A DNA stretch of 64,000 nt from an uncultured Chloroflexia bacterium (GCA_963703345.1 OY969814.1:1792001-1856000); one strand, 5' to 3'. Positions 47,051 through 57,408 are shown, numbered from the stretch's first letter. Notes: generated by a model from the sequence alone, not told the origin. Numbers and translations are program-made.

Positions 47051-49771
47051 TCAGGCCGCGCGCGCCAGGTCGGAGGACTCCTTGGGTCGCCCCTTGACGA
47101 TTCTGTCGATCTCACCCCTGGCGACGGCGCGCTTGAACGCATCCACGACCACTGGTGAGTACTTCTTGCCCCTGTTCTTGGTTATCTCCTGCATCGCCCG
47201 GACCGGCGGCCACGCGGCCTTGTACGGTCTCCTCGACGTCATGGCGTCGAAGCCGTCAGCCACGGAGACGATCGCGGTGCACAGAGGTATCATGTCGCGG
47301 TGGAGGCCGTCCGGATAGCCTGTCCCGTCCCAGTTCTCGTGATGCCAGCGGGCGATCTGGCGGGCCTTCTTGAACCAGGGGTCAGGTGGAAGCAGCTCCT
47401 CACCCCACATCGGGTGCTTCCTCATGATCCGCCACTCGTCCTCCGAGAGGGCCCCGGGCTTTGTCAGAATGGAGTCGGGGACGCGTAACTTGCCGAGGTC
47501 GTGGAGAAGGGCAGCCACACCGATCTCCTGGGCCTCATCGGGACTAAGGCCGATCTCGAGCGCTATAGCCTCCGAGTAGTGCTCTATTCTGTTCAGGTGG
47601 TTTTCGGTGTACGGGTCGCGGGCCTCGGCGGCCGTCGCCAGCAGGAAGACGATGCTCTCAAACGCCATGCGCTTCTCGGTGCCCGCGCGCTGGCGCTCGA
47701 TGAAAGCGGAGATGCTCTCAGCGGCGAGTCGCAGCAGCTTGACGTCCTCCTCTCGCCAAACGCAGGTGCTGTGCACCGTATCGATGCTGATGGAGCCGAT
47801 GACTCGGCCGCCGGATGTCAGCGATACTACCACGATTGAGTGAACCCCCAGAGACTGCCAGATACTCCTCTCCGCCGCCGCTTCCGGTGGGAGCGTGTCT
47901 ATATCGTTAACGATGATGGGCTCTGCCTGCAACGCCATCCGCGTGGACCACGGGAAGGCAACAGCGTCGAAGTCGTACATGTCGCTGACTTCTTCCGCTT
48001 CGGGCGCGCACCAGCGTGCAACGCAGTGCATTTTGGTCCTGCCCTGCAGCATGAAGATGTGGGCCCGTTCGGCTCCGAAAGCCTCGCCCAATACGCGCAG
48101 GACGAGATTGAGTGCCGAATCCATGTCATCGGAGGCTGCCAGAAGGTTGGAGGCCTGGGCGATCGCGGATTCCATTCTGAGCCTGTCCGCCATCTCCTCC
48201 TCTGCACGCTTCCGGTCGGTGACGTCTTCAATGGTGCCTACGTAGCCGGTGACGATGCCCTCTGGGGAACGAATCGCAATGATGGTCGTGTGCACCCAGC
48301 GCTCTTCTCCGGCCTTGGTCAGTATGCGGTATTCCATGGAGAACTTGCGCCTGTTGCCTATTGCAGCAGCCCCCTCCACCTTCACTGCTTCGCGGTCGTC
48401 GGGGTGGATGTACTTGGTCCATACGCGCCCCAGACCATCTTCAGAATCCCCGCCGATCAGCACCACCGCGTTATCGTTGGCGTAGACGCCGTTGCCCTGC
48501 GCGTCGGAAAGGAAGATGCCGATAGGTGCGGAGGCGCTCAGAGTGCGGAAGCGCTCCTCGCTCTCGCGGAGCGCGTTCTCCGCCTGCTTCCGGCTGGTAA
48601 TGTCCCGAACGGTGCCCACCACAGCGAGCAACTTCCCGTCCCCGTCGCGAACGAAGGCGCGGTCATCGCTGAGCCAGCAGTACTCTCCATCCTTGCGTTT
48701 CCACCGATACTCTATTCCCAAAGCCTTGCGGTCTGCGGCGGCGTTGCCCTTTGCATCGCGCCCGAATGACCCGAATCTTTGCCCGTCCTCCGGGTGGAAC
48801 CTGTTCCTCACCTCGTCAAGTCCCATCGCGGTGACCTCGGCGGGCGTGAACCCGAGCATCTCGGCGCACGACGGGCTCATGTAGTCGTAGGTGCGGGTTT
48901 CGAGATTCAACTTGTAGACAAGATCGCGCGACACATCGAGGACGTCGCGAAAGCGACCCTCCGATTCCCTGAGCTGCGCCGATCCCGTCACCAGCGTCTC
49001 GGTCATCTCGTTGAGATCGCGCGCCAGCGAAGAGGTCTCTTCAAGGCCGCAAACCTTTGCCCTTGCGTCCCAATCGCCCGATATGACTGCCCGGGCATTC
49101 GCCTTGAGTGAAGCGAGCGGGCGCACAAGCGCGACGATGAAGGCGACAAGCGCTGCAAACGCGACGAGGAAGGTCGCGACGCCGAGCCCGATAAGCAGCC
49201 CTAACGCGGTCTGTGAAGAGCGGTCCGCTGCTGCTCGCACGTCTGCCAGCTTGGCTTGCTGGGCACGCGCAAGCTGATTGGCCTGCTTCTCGATAAGCTC
49301 GAACATCGGCCAAAGCGCCGGCGCATACTGAGCGGCCATCTGCATGACGTCTTCCCCGCTAGCGCCCGACGAAATGACCGAGTCTAGCTGCTGATTTAGC
49401 TCCGCGACGGACGCCGCGACCTCATCGAGGCCAGCGATGGCATCGTCTTCGCCGAGAGTGACCATCCCTGCACGAGCTTCAGCAAGCCTGTCTACCGAAA
49501 CGGACCGATTCTGAGCGTACGTGTCGAGCAAGGAAAGCCGTTGGTCTACGTTGACGAACCCCGAAACCAAGAGGACGTTCATGTTCAAGTAGAATTGAGC
49601 GCGGGCGTCATCCAGCGCGGCGACTACGTCGGCCCTGTCTTGCAGCGATCTGCGCACGGCTCTATCGCTCTGCGCGCGCCATGCCGCGACCGCGGCCGTG
49701 GCGCCCAAAAGCACCAGCAAAGCCACGGTGGCAGCTACAGTTAGGCCTCGCGCCGACTTCAGTTTCGACAT
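47051..49771 (-). CDS. TM-HAMP-PAS-PAS-GAF-HD-GYP signalling phosphodiesterase
   Basis: Two TMs, HAMP-like region, two PAS/PAC, GAF, 'LHDLGK', 'HHENWDGTGYP', 'DAMTSRRPYK'. Confidence 0.9.
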   Translation of the reverse strand: MSKLKSARGLTVAATVALLVLLGATAAVAAWRAQSDRAVRRSLQDRADVVAALDDARAQFYLNMNVLLVSGFVNVDQRLSLLDTYAQNRSVSVDRLAEARAGMVTLGEDDAIAGLDEVAASVAELNQQLDSVISSGASGEDVMQMAAQYAPALWPMFELIEKQANQLARAQQAKLADVRAAADRSSQTALGLLIGLGVATFLVAFAALVAFIVALVRPLASLKANARAVISGDWDARAKVCGLEETSSLARDLNEMTETLVTGSAQLRESEGRFRDVLDVSRDLVYKLNLETRTYDYMSPSCAEMLGFTPAEVTAMGLDEVRNRFHPEDGQRFGSFGRDAKGNAAADRKALGIEYRWKRKDGEYCWLSDDRAFVRDGDGKLLAVVGTVRDITSRKQAENALRESEERFRTLSASAPIGIFLSDAQGNGVYANDNAVVLIGGDSEDGLGRVWTKYIHPDDREAVKVEGAAAIGNRRKFSMEYRILTKAGEERWVHTTIIAIRSPEGIVTGYVGTIEDVTDRKRAEEEMADRLRMESAIAQASNLLAASDDMDSALNLVLRVLGEAFGAERAHIFMLQGRTKMHCVARWCAPEAEEVSDMYDFDAVAFPWSTRMALQAEPIIVNDIDTLPPEAAAERSIWQSLGVHSIVVVSLTSGGRVIGSISIDTVHSTCVWREEDVKLLRLAAESISAFIERQRAGTEKRMAFESIVFLLATAAEARDPYTENHLNRIEHYSEAIALEIGLSPDEAQEIGVAALLHDLGKLRVPDSILTKPGALSEDEWRIMRKHPMWGEELLPPDPWFKKARQIARWHHENWDGTGYPDGLHRDMIPLCTAIVSVADGFDAMTSRRPYKAAWPPVRAMQEITKNRGKKYSPVVVDAFKRAVARGEIDRIVKGRPKESSDLARAA

Positions 49772-50061
49772 CTGGCCCGCACGCGACGCGCTCCGGCACG
49801 TCCACTCTCTGCCAAGATGGCTCTCTAGCCTCCCACCTTCGTCTCGCGCTCCCGCAAAGGGCGCACCGGCAGTAGGTCCCAAAATGATGATCGGAAAGGG
49901 CGAGGCGATCAGCAGGGCGGCTCACGACGCCCGGCGCCTTCGTCGGGCACCCTTTCTTCGCCGTCGTGGGGCGACGGCTTCAATGGCGTTTGCCTGATTC
50001 TTGCTGGTAGAATTGAGGCAGAACAACGTCCCCTTTGTAGGAACGAGAAGGAAGGTGTCCG

Positions 50062-51510
50062 ATGTCGCTCAAGACCGGCGAAGAATACGTGAAGTCAATC
50101 AAGAAGCTTAACCTCAAGGCGCACGTGCTGGGCAAAGAGACCGGCGACCTGACGGAGCACCCGCTGGTGGCGCCTTCGGTGCGCGCCGTCGCCGCCACGT
50201 TCGACTGCGCCTACGACGAGTCGAGCCGTGAGCTCTTCCGCGTCCGCTCGTCGCTGACCGGCCAGGAGGTCGCCCGCTTCACCCATCTGCACCAGAGCAC
50301 GGAAGACCTGATGAACAAGGTCATCATGCAGCGTCACTGCGGCAACGTCACTTCCTGCTGCTTCCAGCGCTGCGTCGGCATGGACGCTGCGAACGCCCTC
50401 CTCACCGTCACCTTCGAGTGCGACAAGGCGCACGGCACGGACTACCACCACCGCTTCCGCGACTACTGGGCGCACGTGCAGTCGGAGGACCTGGTCGTCG
50501 ACGGGGCGATGACGGACCCGAAGGGCGACCGCGGCAAGCGTCCGGCGCAGCAGAGCGACCCCGACCTGTACCTGCGCGTCGTTGACCGCCGGAGCGACGG
50601 CATCGTCGTGCGCGGCGCCAAGCTGCACCAGACCGGCATCTTGAACTCGCACGAGATCATCGTCATGCCCACCATCGCCATGCGCGCCGGCGAGGAGGAC
50701 TGGGCGGTCTGCTTCGCCGTGCCGACGAACACGCCGGGCATCCGCTACATCTACGGCCGGCAGGCCAGCGACACGCGCAAGATGGAGCGGCTGAAGCTGG
50801 ACGTGGGCAACGTGCGCTTCGGCGGCCAGGAGGTCATGACGGTGTTCGAGGATGTGTTCGTGCCGAACGAGCGCGTCTTCATGAACGGCGAGGTTGACCA
50901 GTCGGGCAAGCTGGTGGAGCGTTTCGCGGCTTACCACCGGCAGAGCTACGGCGGCTGCAAGGTGGGCGTCGGCGACGTGCTTATCGGCGCGTCCGCCCTC
51001 ATCGCCCGCATGAACGGCGCTGAGAACGCGAGCCACATCCGCGAGAAGCTGGTCGACATGATCCATCTGAACGAGACGATGTTCGCCGCCGGAATCGCCT
51101 GCTCGGCGCTGGGGCACCCGACGGAGGCCGGCAACTACGAGATCGACATGCTGCTGGCGAACGTCTGCAAGCTGAACGTCACGCGCTTCCCGTTCGAGAT
51201 CGCGCGCAACGCCATCGACATCGCCGGCGGGCTGCTGGGCACGATGCCGTCGGCGGAGGACCTGGACGACCCGACGACGGGGCCGTACGTGCGCAAGTAC
51301 CTGGCGGCGTCGGACGCTTACGACGTGACGGACCGGATCAAGGTGATGCGTTTCATCGAGAACCTGGTCTCCGGGGCCGGCGCTGTCGCCTACCTCATCG
51401 AGTCGATGCACGGCGCGGGTCCGCCGGCGGCACAGCGGATAATGATCGGCCGCCAGGGGGACATTGAAGGGAAGATCGAGAAGGCGAAGCGGGTCATCGG
51501 CATCAAATAA
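50062..51510 (+). CDS. abfD: 4-hydroxybutyryl-CoA dehydratase / vinylacetyl-CoA isomerase-like protein
   Basis: 'CFQRCVGMD', 'GAMTDPKGDR', 'YHRQSYGGCK', 'ESMHGAG'; Fe-S ligand pattern Cys-x3-Cys...His...Cys present. Confidence 0.85.
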   Translation: MSLKTGEEYVKSIKKLNLKAHVLGKETGDLTEHPLVAPSVRAVAATFDCAYDESSRELFRVRSSLTGQEVARFTHLHQSTEDLMNKVIMQRHCGNVTSCCFQRCVGMDAANALLTVTFECDKAHGTDYHHRFRDYWAHVQSEDLVVDGAMTDPKGDRGKRPAQQSDPDLYLRVVDRRSDGIVVRGAKLHQTGILNSHEIIVMPTIAMRAGEEDWAVCFAVPTNTPGIRYIYGRQASDTRKMERLKLDVGNVRFGGQEVMTVFEDVFVPNERVFMNGEVDQSGKLVERFAAYHRQSYGGCKVGVGDVLIGASALIARMNGAENASHIREKLVDMIHLNETMFAAGIACSALGHPTEAGNYEIDMLLANVCKLNVTRFPFEIARNAIDIAGGLLGTMPSAEDLDDPTTGPYVRKYLAASDAYDVTDRIKVMRFIENLVSGAGAVAYLIESMHGAGPPAAQRIMIGRQGDIEGKIEKAKRVIGIK

Positions 51511-51679
51511 GGCCGACCGTCACCTCCACCCTCGCAAACCGTTCGCGTTCGCTGACCTAAAGCGAAAAGAGTGCGGCGGAAGCCGGACGAGACCTCCACC
51601 TGATGTTGTGAGGGCAAGAAACGGGCCCGCCTCCAAGCCGGAAGCGGACCCGTCGTTTGTTAGCCTCGACGGCCGCGCG

Positions 51680-52549
51680 CTAGCCGATGCGCGTCGCTCT
51701 CACGACAAGACGGTGGTCATAGTTCCGGGTGTCCGAATTGAACGTGCCGCCGCAGGTGACTATCGTCAGCTCCTCGCTGCCGTCCTTCAACGCGTACTGC
51801 GTGAAGCTGTCCGTGTCGCCGATCCACTGCGTCCAGTCGACGGCGTACCTGACATACGAGCCATCGAGGAGCTGCACGTCGATCTCATCGCCCTGGACGA
51901 GCTCGTTCAGGTACCAGAACACCGCCGTGTAGTGCGGGTGGTAGTCAACGTGGCCGGAGAAGAGGGCATTGGAGCCCCCAAAACCGGAGATTCCGGGGAA
52001 GCCACCCAGTCCGCCGAAGTTCTGGAAGTCGTACCAGACAACGTCGTCCTTGCCGTTGGGAGTCGCCATCGCGCCGTCGGGCCCGACGACGCGCACGTTC
52101 ACCGGCGCGTTGACGCCGATCTTCGGGATAATCATGCGCAGGCCCGTCGGAGTGGCGGAGCCGTCACCGTTACCACAGGCCGCAGTCGTGAAACTGCCGG
52201 CCGCCGAGGTGAACCACTGGTCGTTCACCAGCGTGTTGACGCGCCAGTGAGTCACCATGTTGACCTGGAGTCCGCTTACGCTCCCCGAGTTGGCGTTAGG
52301 GTCCATCGGGCCCACGCTGAAGAACTGTCCGGGCGGGAAGTCGCTGAACCAGCTCACGTCGAGGTACTGGTCGCCTTTCAGGCTGCCGGGTAGCCAGTGA
52401 AACGTCGCGTCGACCATGCCCGGCGTCGAGCTGCAGTACTGGTCGACGGAAATTGCCAGAGGAAACACGCTACAACTGAGCGATGAAAATGCCGTTAAGA
52501 CCAGGCCGGGAATCAATAGAAGCCAGAACGCTTTTCTCATTAATGCCAC
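51680..52549 (-). CDS. Class F sortase with an N-terminal extracellular domain
   Basis: 'IPKIGVNAPV', 'SGHVD', 'LTIVTCGG', 'RLVVRA' (His-Cys-Arg triad). Confidence 0.85.
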   Translation of the reverse strand: MALMRKAFWLLLIPGLVLTAFSSLSCSVFPLAISVDQYCSSTPGMVDATFHWLPGSLKGDQYLDVSWFSDFPPGQFFSVGPMDPNANSGSVSGLQVNMVTHWRVNTLVNDQWFTSAAGSFTTAACGNGDGSATPTGLRMIIPKIGVNAPVNVRVVGPDGAMATPNGKDDVVWYDFQNFGGLGGFPGISGFGGSNALFSGHVDYHPHYTAVFWYLNELVQGDEIDVQLLDGSYVRYAVDWTQWIGDTDSFTQYALKDGSEELTIVTCGGTFNSDTRNYDHRLVVRATRIG

Positions 52550-52774
52550 CCCCCGTCGATTCGTTTCCGGCGGTCATTCCGCCACGGCGCCCGGGCCGTG
52601 AGACCAGCCTTCCCTTGCTGGCCGCTATCCTAGCACTTTGCTGCTCATAAGCAAATACCTCAGGAAGACGAGGCCCGGATTCGCCGAGGAGGCGTCGCGG
52701 CGTCTTGACTCGCTGCGGGCTCGCGGCCGACAATTGACCCACTTTCTAGCCCGACCCAATCATGGAGGAGACCG

Positions 52775-55138
52775 ATGCGTGAAGCTGAAACCGTCCAATC
52801 GTCAATTGGCGAAGCGATGCTGGATGTCGATGGCGCGACCGTGGCGGCCGTGCGCCTGGACCCGTTGCGCTCGTACGTCGACGTGCCCGAGCTGCTGAAG
52901 GAGGTCATCGACCGCGCCGACGAATCGGCCTGGCGGGCGATCGTCGAGCGGATCGACTACACGTACGACTGCCTCGATGGCGCCCTGACGCCTCTTCGCG
53001 AGGAGACGGAGCTCGCCGAGATGCTGCGGAGCGAACTGGCGGCGGGCAAGAAGCTGCTCCTCAAGCCGAATCTCGTCGTCCCCGTCTGCATCGATCCGCG
53101 GGAGCACGGGCGCGGGCTGGGCTACGCCACCTGCACGGCCTGGCCCTTTGTCGCGGCCGTCATGCGCTGGCTGCACGACCGGATGGACGTCTCCTATCAT
53201 CAGATGGCGCTGGGCGAGGCGGCAACGTCGATGGCTGCGGCGGCCGGCTATGGGACGCGCCTTTTCGGCCGGCCGGTCACGCGTGAGGCGGTCATGGAAG
53301 GGCGCATCGACGAGTTCTACGGCGGCTGGGGCTTCTACTTCGTGCGCAAGTACCTGGCAGAATCGCACGACCCATCGCACCGGGACAACCCGATGCGCGG
53401 CTACGACGACAGCGTCGCCGGGAACTACCTGCCGCCGGGCCGCGCGATGGACCGCCTGCCGGTCTACGATCTGAACCGCATCCAGGACGTTCCGGAGCGC
53501 GGGCGTCGGGTGCCGGTGCCGGATGGGGCGAACTTCGAGGCGATAACGCTGCACAAGGCGATCGTCGGCGGCGAGCCGTCGGACCCCGCAGACCGTCGCG
53601 ACTATCCGGGCTGCGTGCTGCTCAGCCTGCCCAAGATGAAGGTGCACAACTTCGCCCTCTTCACCAACGCCATCAAGAACCTGGGCATCGGCCTCTACCC
53701 GATGGAAGCGGCGTCGGACTCCGACCCGGCGAGCACGCGCTGGCTGTACAGCTCGCCGCAACTGGACGTTCCGGGGATGAAGAGCCGCCTGCCGCACCAG
53801 GTGTGGACGGCATCGGTGGACGACCAGACCGGCCGGCCGCATTCCGTCAGGCGGACGGCGGGCATCAACGGGACGATGGTGGACATCATCAAGGCCGTCC
53901 AGTCGCAGGGCGTGCGCGTGCTGAGCATCGTCGACGCCATAGAAACGATCAACATCGATCACACGCTCGACGCGCCGGCGATTCGTGTCCCCGAGGGCTT
54001 CGTCTTCGCCGGCCTCGACGTGGTCGCCCTCGACGTGCTTTGCGCTCGCTACATGTTCAACATGCTGCCGACGACGGAATCGCGCCGGCTCGTGGCGGAG
54101 GGCAAGGCGCAGTCGGAGTGGCTGCAACGGGTGCCGCTGCCGGTGGTCGATGGGCAGAACATCGCTACGGCGGAGGGCTATGACTCGCCGTTGTCGCGCC
54201 ACGTCCTCTTCGAGTACGCGGAAGGAAGGGGCATCGGCGGGCAGGCGTATCACGTCGTCGGCCGGGAAATGTGGCAGGGAGGTCGCCTGGCGTCCGTGCA
54301 GGGGCACCTGGGCAAAGTCGTCGACCGCGAGTTCTCCGAAGTTACGACAAGCACTCTCTACTACGACCAGTTGAAGCTGCTGTGGGACCTGCAGACCACG
54401 GTGATGGGCTACGCTGCCGCGAACGACGCCCTCACCGGCTCCAGCTATCGGCGGCAGTTCCTCGATGCGTTCGACGAGAACGGCGACGGCGTTATCGACT
54501 ACGAAGAGATGGGCCGAAAGGGCATCGTCGATTTTCAGTTGCACGCGGCGGCTTACGGCGTCCACCTGATGGGCAGCGAGGAGTACGGTATGCTGCGCGG
54601 CTCCTTCGCCTTGCGGGCGAACGCGCTGCGCTGGGCCGACGCGGCCTTCAACCCGGACGGGCTGGACTTCCTCAAAGAGTATGTTGACAGCTCGTCGGCG
54701 CTGGTGGGACTGACGCTGTCGCAGATGGAGATCGAGGGCGCTGATCCGTTCGTCCCGTCGATGACGTGGGGCAAGGGCAAGTGGCCGAGCATGCAGATGG
54801 CCCGCTTCATGGCCGTCGGGTCGTTGCTCTACGGCCTCGGCTTCCCCTTCATGACGACGATGGATTCGATATACGGATTCGCCTTCCAGTACGCCGACAA
54901 GGCGTTCAACGGCAGCAGCTACACGGGCGATCTGGAGACGATGAGCGATCCGACTTCGACGGCGGCGGTGGAGTATGTGCAGGCGGTTTCCGCCGGCGCC
55001 GAGCGGCTTCCCTTCCTGCTGTACGTGCCGCAGGGCTTCGGGCAGGTGCTTGGGAAGCCGATTCCGAACGTGGAGGAGACGGCCGACCCGCGCAAGATGC
55101 TGCGGGTGGAGTTCGCCGGCGGCAAGGAGATCTGGTAA
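52775..55138 (+). CDS. Large DUF362-domain protein
   Basis: 'LLLKPNLV', 'ALGEA', 'LPKMKVH...TNAIKNL', 'DVVALD'; EF-hand-like 'DENGDGVIDYEE'. Confidence 0.75.
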   Translation: MREAETVQSSIGEAMLDVDGATVAAVRLDPLRSYVDVPELLKEVIDRADESAWRAIVERIDYTYDCLDGALTPLREETELAEMLRSELAAGKKLLLKPNLVVPVCIDPREHGRGLGYATCTAWPFVAAVMRWLHDRMDVSYHQMALGEAATSMAAAAGYGTRLFGRPVTREAVMEGRIDEFYGGWGFYFVRKYLAESHDPSHRDNPMRGYDDSVAGNYLPPGRAMDRLPVYDLNRIQDVPERGRRVPVPDGANFEAITLHKAIVGGEPSDPADRRDYPGCVLLSLPKMKVHNFALFTNAIKNLGIGLYPMEAASDSDPASTRWLYSSPQLDVPGMKSRLPHQVWTASVDDQTGRPHSVRRTAGINGTMVDIIKAVQSQGVRVLSIVDAIETINIDHTLDAPAIRVPEGFVFAGLDVVALDVLCARYMFNMLPTTESRRLVAEGKAQSEWLQRVPLPVVDGQNIATAEGYDSPLSRHVLFEYAEGRGIGGQAYHVVGREMWQGGRLASVQGHLGKVVDREFSEVTTSTLYYDQLKLLWDLQTTVMGYAAANDALTGSSYRRQFLDAFDENGDGVIDYEEMGRKGIVDFQLHAAAYGVHLMGSEEYGMLRGSFALRANALRWADAAFNPDGLDFLKEYVDSSSALVGLTLSQMEIEGADPFVPSMTWGKGKWPSMQMARFMAVGSLLYGLGFPFMTTMDSIYGFAFQYADKAFNGSSYTGDLETMSDPTSTAAVEYVQAVSAGAERLPFLLYVPQGFGQVLGKPIPNVEETADPRKMLRVEFAGGKEIW

Positions 55139-55214
55139 CAGTTTTTCGGCGCTTCTGCCGATTGATATACTGCCAGGAGGGAACGGGCGGGCACTCCGTC
55201 CGAGTCCGGCCCCC

Positions 55215-55243
55215 TTGACAGCCTCGGAGGTCGGGGCTAGACT
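55215..55243 (+). promoter_or_regulatory. Sigma70-type promoter
   Basis: TTGACA-N17-TAGACT. Confidence 0.7.
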
Positions 55244-55249
55244 GAAGGT

Positions 55250-55520
55250 GAGCCCGGGATGGGATTCCCAATCCGAAAGGAGGAGGTAAGTCTCATGGTA
55301 GAGAACCGGGTTCTCTGGGGGGTGTGGCAGGTTGACTGTTGGGCCCTACCCTGAAAGGGTAGGGCGAAACGGTCGCCGAGTTGGCCCCGTCGCATCAGTG
55401 CTTTGATGGCCACCGTTCTGAATAGGGCGGATCGGCCAGGCGCTGGGGGGCCAGCCCTCGTGGGGGCCTCTCGGGATGAAGATTGCAAGAGCCGCCTTTA
55501 CCGGGCGGCTCTTGTCTTTG
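55250..55520 (+). ncRNA. Candidate structured small RNA, possibly encoding a 19-aa peptide (55295-55354)
   Basis: Own promoter and terminator, several hairpins, strong SD GAAAGGAGGAGGT before ATG 55295. Confidence 0.45.
55486..55520 (+). terminator. Intrinsic terminator (may also serve the convergent GT2 gene)
   Basis: caagagccgcc-tttaccg-ggcggctcttg followed by tctttg. Confidence 0.75.
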
Positions 55521-55543
55521 TCTGCGGTAGGAAAGTTACGCCC

Positions 55544-57316
55544 CTACGCCTTCTCCGTGCACTTGTACTCGAGCCGCTTGCCCAGGATGAGGCGGATCTG
55601 CGAGTCGAGGCCGGGCAGCGCGCCGAAGATGAAAGTTATCGGCGCCATCAAGAACCACTGCCCGAACTGCACTGGGTAGAGCCAGATCGGGAACGTCTTC
55701 GGGCGCGGCGGCCGCATGAACGTGTCGAAGCCAACCATTATAGCCAGCGGGACCATGCAGGGGAAGAGTATCTTCGCGGACATCATGTTGAACCAGCTCG
55801 GAATCATCGGCGTGAGCGCGTCGGGCAGCAAACCCTTGGCGGCCAGGAAGACGAACGCCGCCGGGACAGCGCGTCCGATGGTGATGAGGAACCACTGGCT
55901 CGACCAGAGGACGTGGTTCTCGAAGACGCTCCAGGTGCGCCGATAACGCTGCAGCAGTGATATCTCCGGGTGGGCGAACGCCATCTTTATCGCGTAGGAT
56001 ATGTCGGAGGCGCCCCAGGCGTGCCGCCGCGACTGCTGATAGTGCTCCCAGAAGGTGCGAAAGTAGCCATGCGCCCGGACGCCGTCGTTGCCGACCACCA
56101 GGAAGATCGGCTCCACATCGACGTTGCCGCCGCAGAGGAAGAAGCACTTGAGCATCATGTGCCAGTCTTCGGATATGATGTCCGGGTCCCAGTAGCCGAC
56201 CTCGTCCGCCATGCGCAGGCTGAGGCTGTAGGTGGACTGCGGGAAGCGGATAGCGTACTTGCGGGTCAGCTTGACGAGCTGGTTGAGCCCGCCCAAGGAG
56301 TTGGATAGGCGCAACGGCGCCGGCACGTCCCAGACGTTGTTGTAGAAGAAGATCGGCGCCTGCCAGAAGCGTCGGTAACGCATTCTGCTGGTAGCGAACT
56401 TATAGGTCAGGCAAGCGAAGTAGTTAGGCGGAAACTGCGTGTCGGCGTCGCAGCTTGTGACCGTCACGAGGTCGAGATCGTGGCCCATCTCATCGATGAG
56501 TTTACGTCGGGCGATGCGGGCCGCCCACAGCTCGTTCGAGGACTTGCCGCGTATCTCTCCTTCGATGTCGGGAGGGTGGAAGGTGGGGAAGAAGAGCATG
56601 AAGCGGCCGGCGAACTTCTGCCGCAGCACCTGCGCCTTCTCGGCGGCCCCCGCCTCGGCGCCTTCGAGCGCCAGCACGACGACGAGCTGCTGGCCGCCCA
56701 GCGTCTGGTCCACGAGCGTCTGCAGCGTCGTCGACAGCTTCTCCACGCTCTCTTTATAGCTGGGGATCATGACGATGTGCCGCACTTCCTCCCAGCGCAG
56801 GTACGCCTCGCCGCGCGCCGCCGCTTCGTTGTAGCGCTGGCGCCAGTCGACCTTCTTGTGGCGTCGGAGGATGGCGTGGCCACGGACGACGTGGATGCCG
56901 GTGTTGATGGAGCGCCACGCCCAGTACATGTCGAAGCCGATGAGCATGATCGCCAGCGGAAGCGGCAGGAAGAAGGTGCCCCAGACCAGGGTGCTGATGA
57001 GGAAAAGAGCGCAGGCGCCGGGAAGGATGTCCAGGGCGCGCTGGATGAGGTGGTCGCGTAGCGGGTGAGAGCGCTCCTCTTCGAACGTGTGCGGCCGCGG
57101 GACGGCAATCGTCGTCGGAAGGCTTGCCGCGGTGGCCAGCCCTGCTCCCGGGAGCGGCAACACCAGTTCGCCAAGTTCGACGTCGGATGAAAGGGGGAGG
57201 CGGTTGGGGGCTGCGACGGAGCTTGTGACGCGGTCGATGGCGCCGGATGCAATGCCGGTAGAAAGAAGCGACTCACTGGAGGCGGTCGAGAGGCTCTTCG
57301 CCCTGATCGGTTCCAC
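55544..57316 (-). CDS. Membrane glycosyltransferase family 2
   Basis: 'IPSYKE', 'GKSSN', 'CDAD', 'ISEDW', 'QSRRHAWG', flanking TMs; true start may be downstream. Confidence 0.85.
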   Translation of the reverse strand: MEPIRAKSLSTASSESLLSTGIASGAIDRVTSSVAAPNRLPLSSDVELGELVLPLPGAGLATAASLPTTIAVPRPHTFEEERSHPLRDHLIQRALDILPGACALFLISTLVWGTFFLPLPLAIMLIGFDMYWAWRSINTGIHVVRGHAILRRHKKVDWRQRYNEAAARGEAYLRWEEVRHIVMIPSYKESVEKLSTTLQTLVDQTLGGQQLVVVLALEGAEAGAAEKAQVLRQKFAGRFMLFFPTFHPPDIEGEIRGKSSNELWAARIARRKLIDEMGHDLDLVTVTSCDADTQFPPNYFACLTYKFATSRMRYRRFWQAPIFFYNNVWDVPAPLRLSNSLGGLNQLVKLTRKYAIRFPQSTYSLSLRMADEVGYWDPDIISEDWHMMLKCFFLCGGNVDVEPIFLVVGNDGVRAHGYFRTFWEHYQQSRRHAWGASDISYAIKMAFAHPEISLLQRYRRTWSVFENHVLWSSQWFLITIGRAVPAAFVFLAAKGLLPDALTPMIPSWFNMMSAKILFPCMVPLAIMVGFDTFMRPPRPKTFPIWLYPVQFGQWFLMAPITFIFGALPGLDSQIRLILGKRLEYKCTEKA

Positions 57317-57369
57317 GGCTACTTCCCTGCCCTTCCTGTTTCCACCGCATCCTGCGGACAGACAACGGG

Positions 57370-57408
57370 CAAAGAGAAAAGGTCGTCCCGTTGCGGTCCG
57401 ACCTTTCG
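57370..57408 (-). terminator. Riboswitch expression-platform terminator
   Basis: Minus strand aaaggtcg...cgaccttt followed by tctctttg. Confidence 0.65.

Noticed and set aside
49780-50040. c-di-GMP riboswitch upstream of the HD-GYP gene
   Set aside because: Only a GGCAAAC-like fragment is present; the remaining GEMM features could not be found.
55295-55354. trp attenuator leader peptide
   Set aside because: Trp codons are not tandem and no same-strand operon follows; the next gene is convergent.
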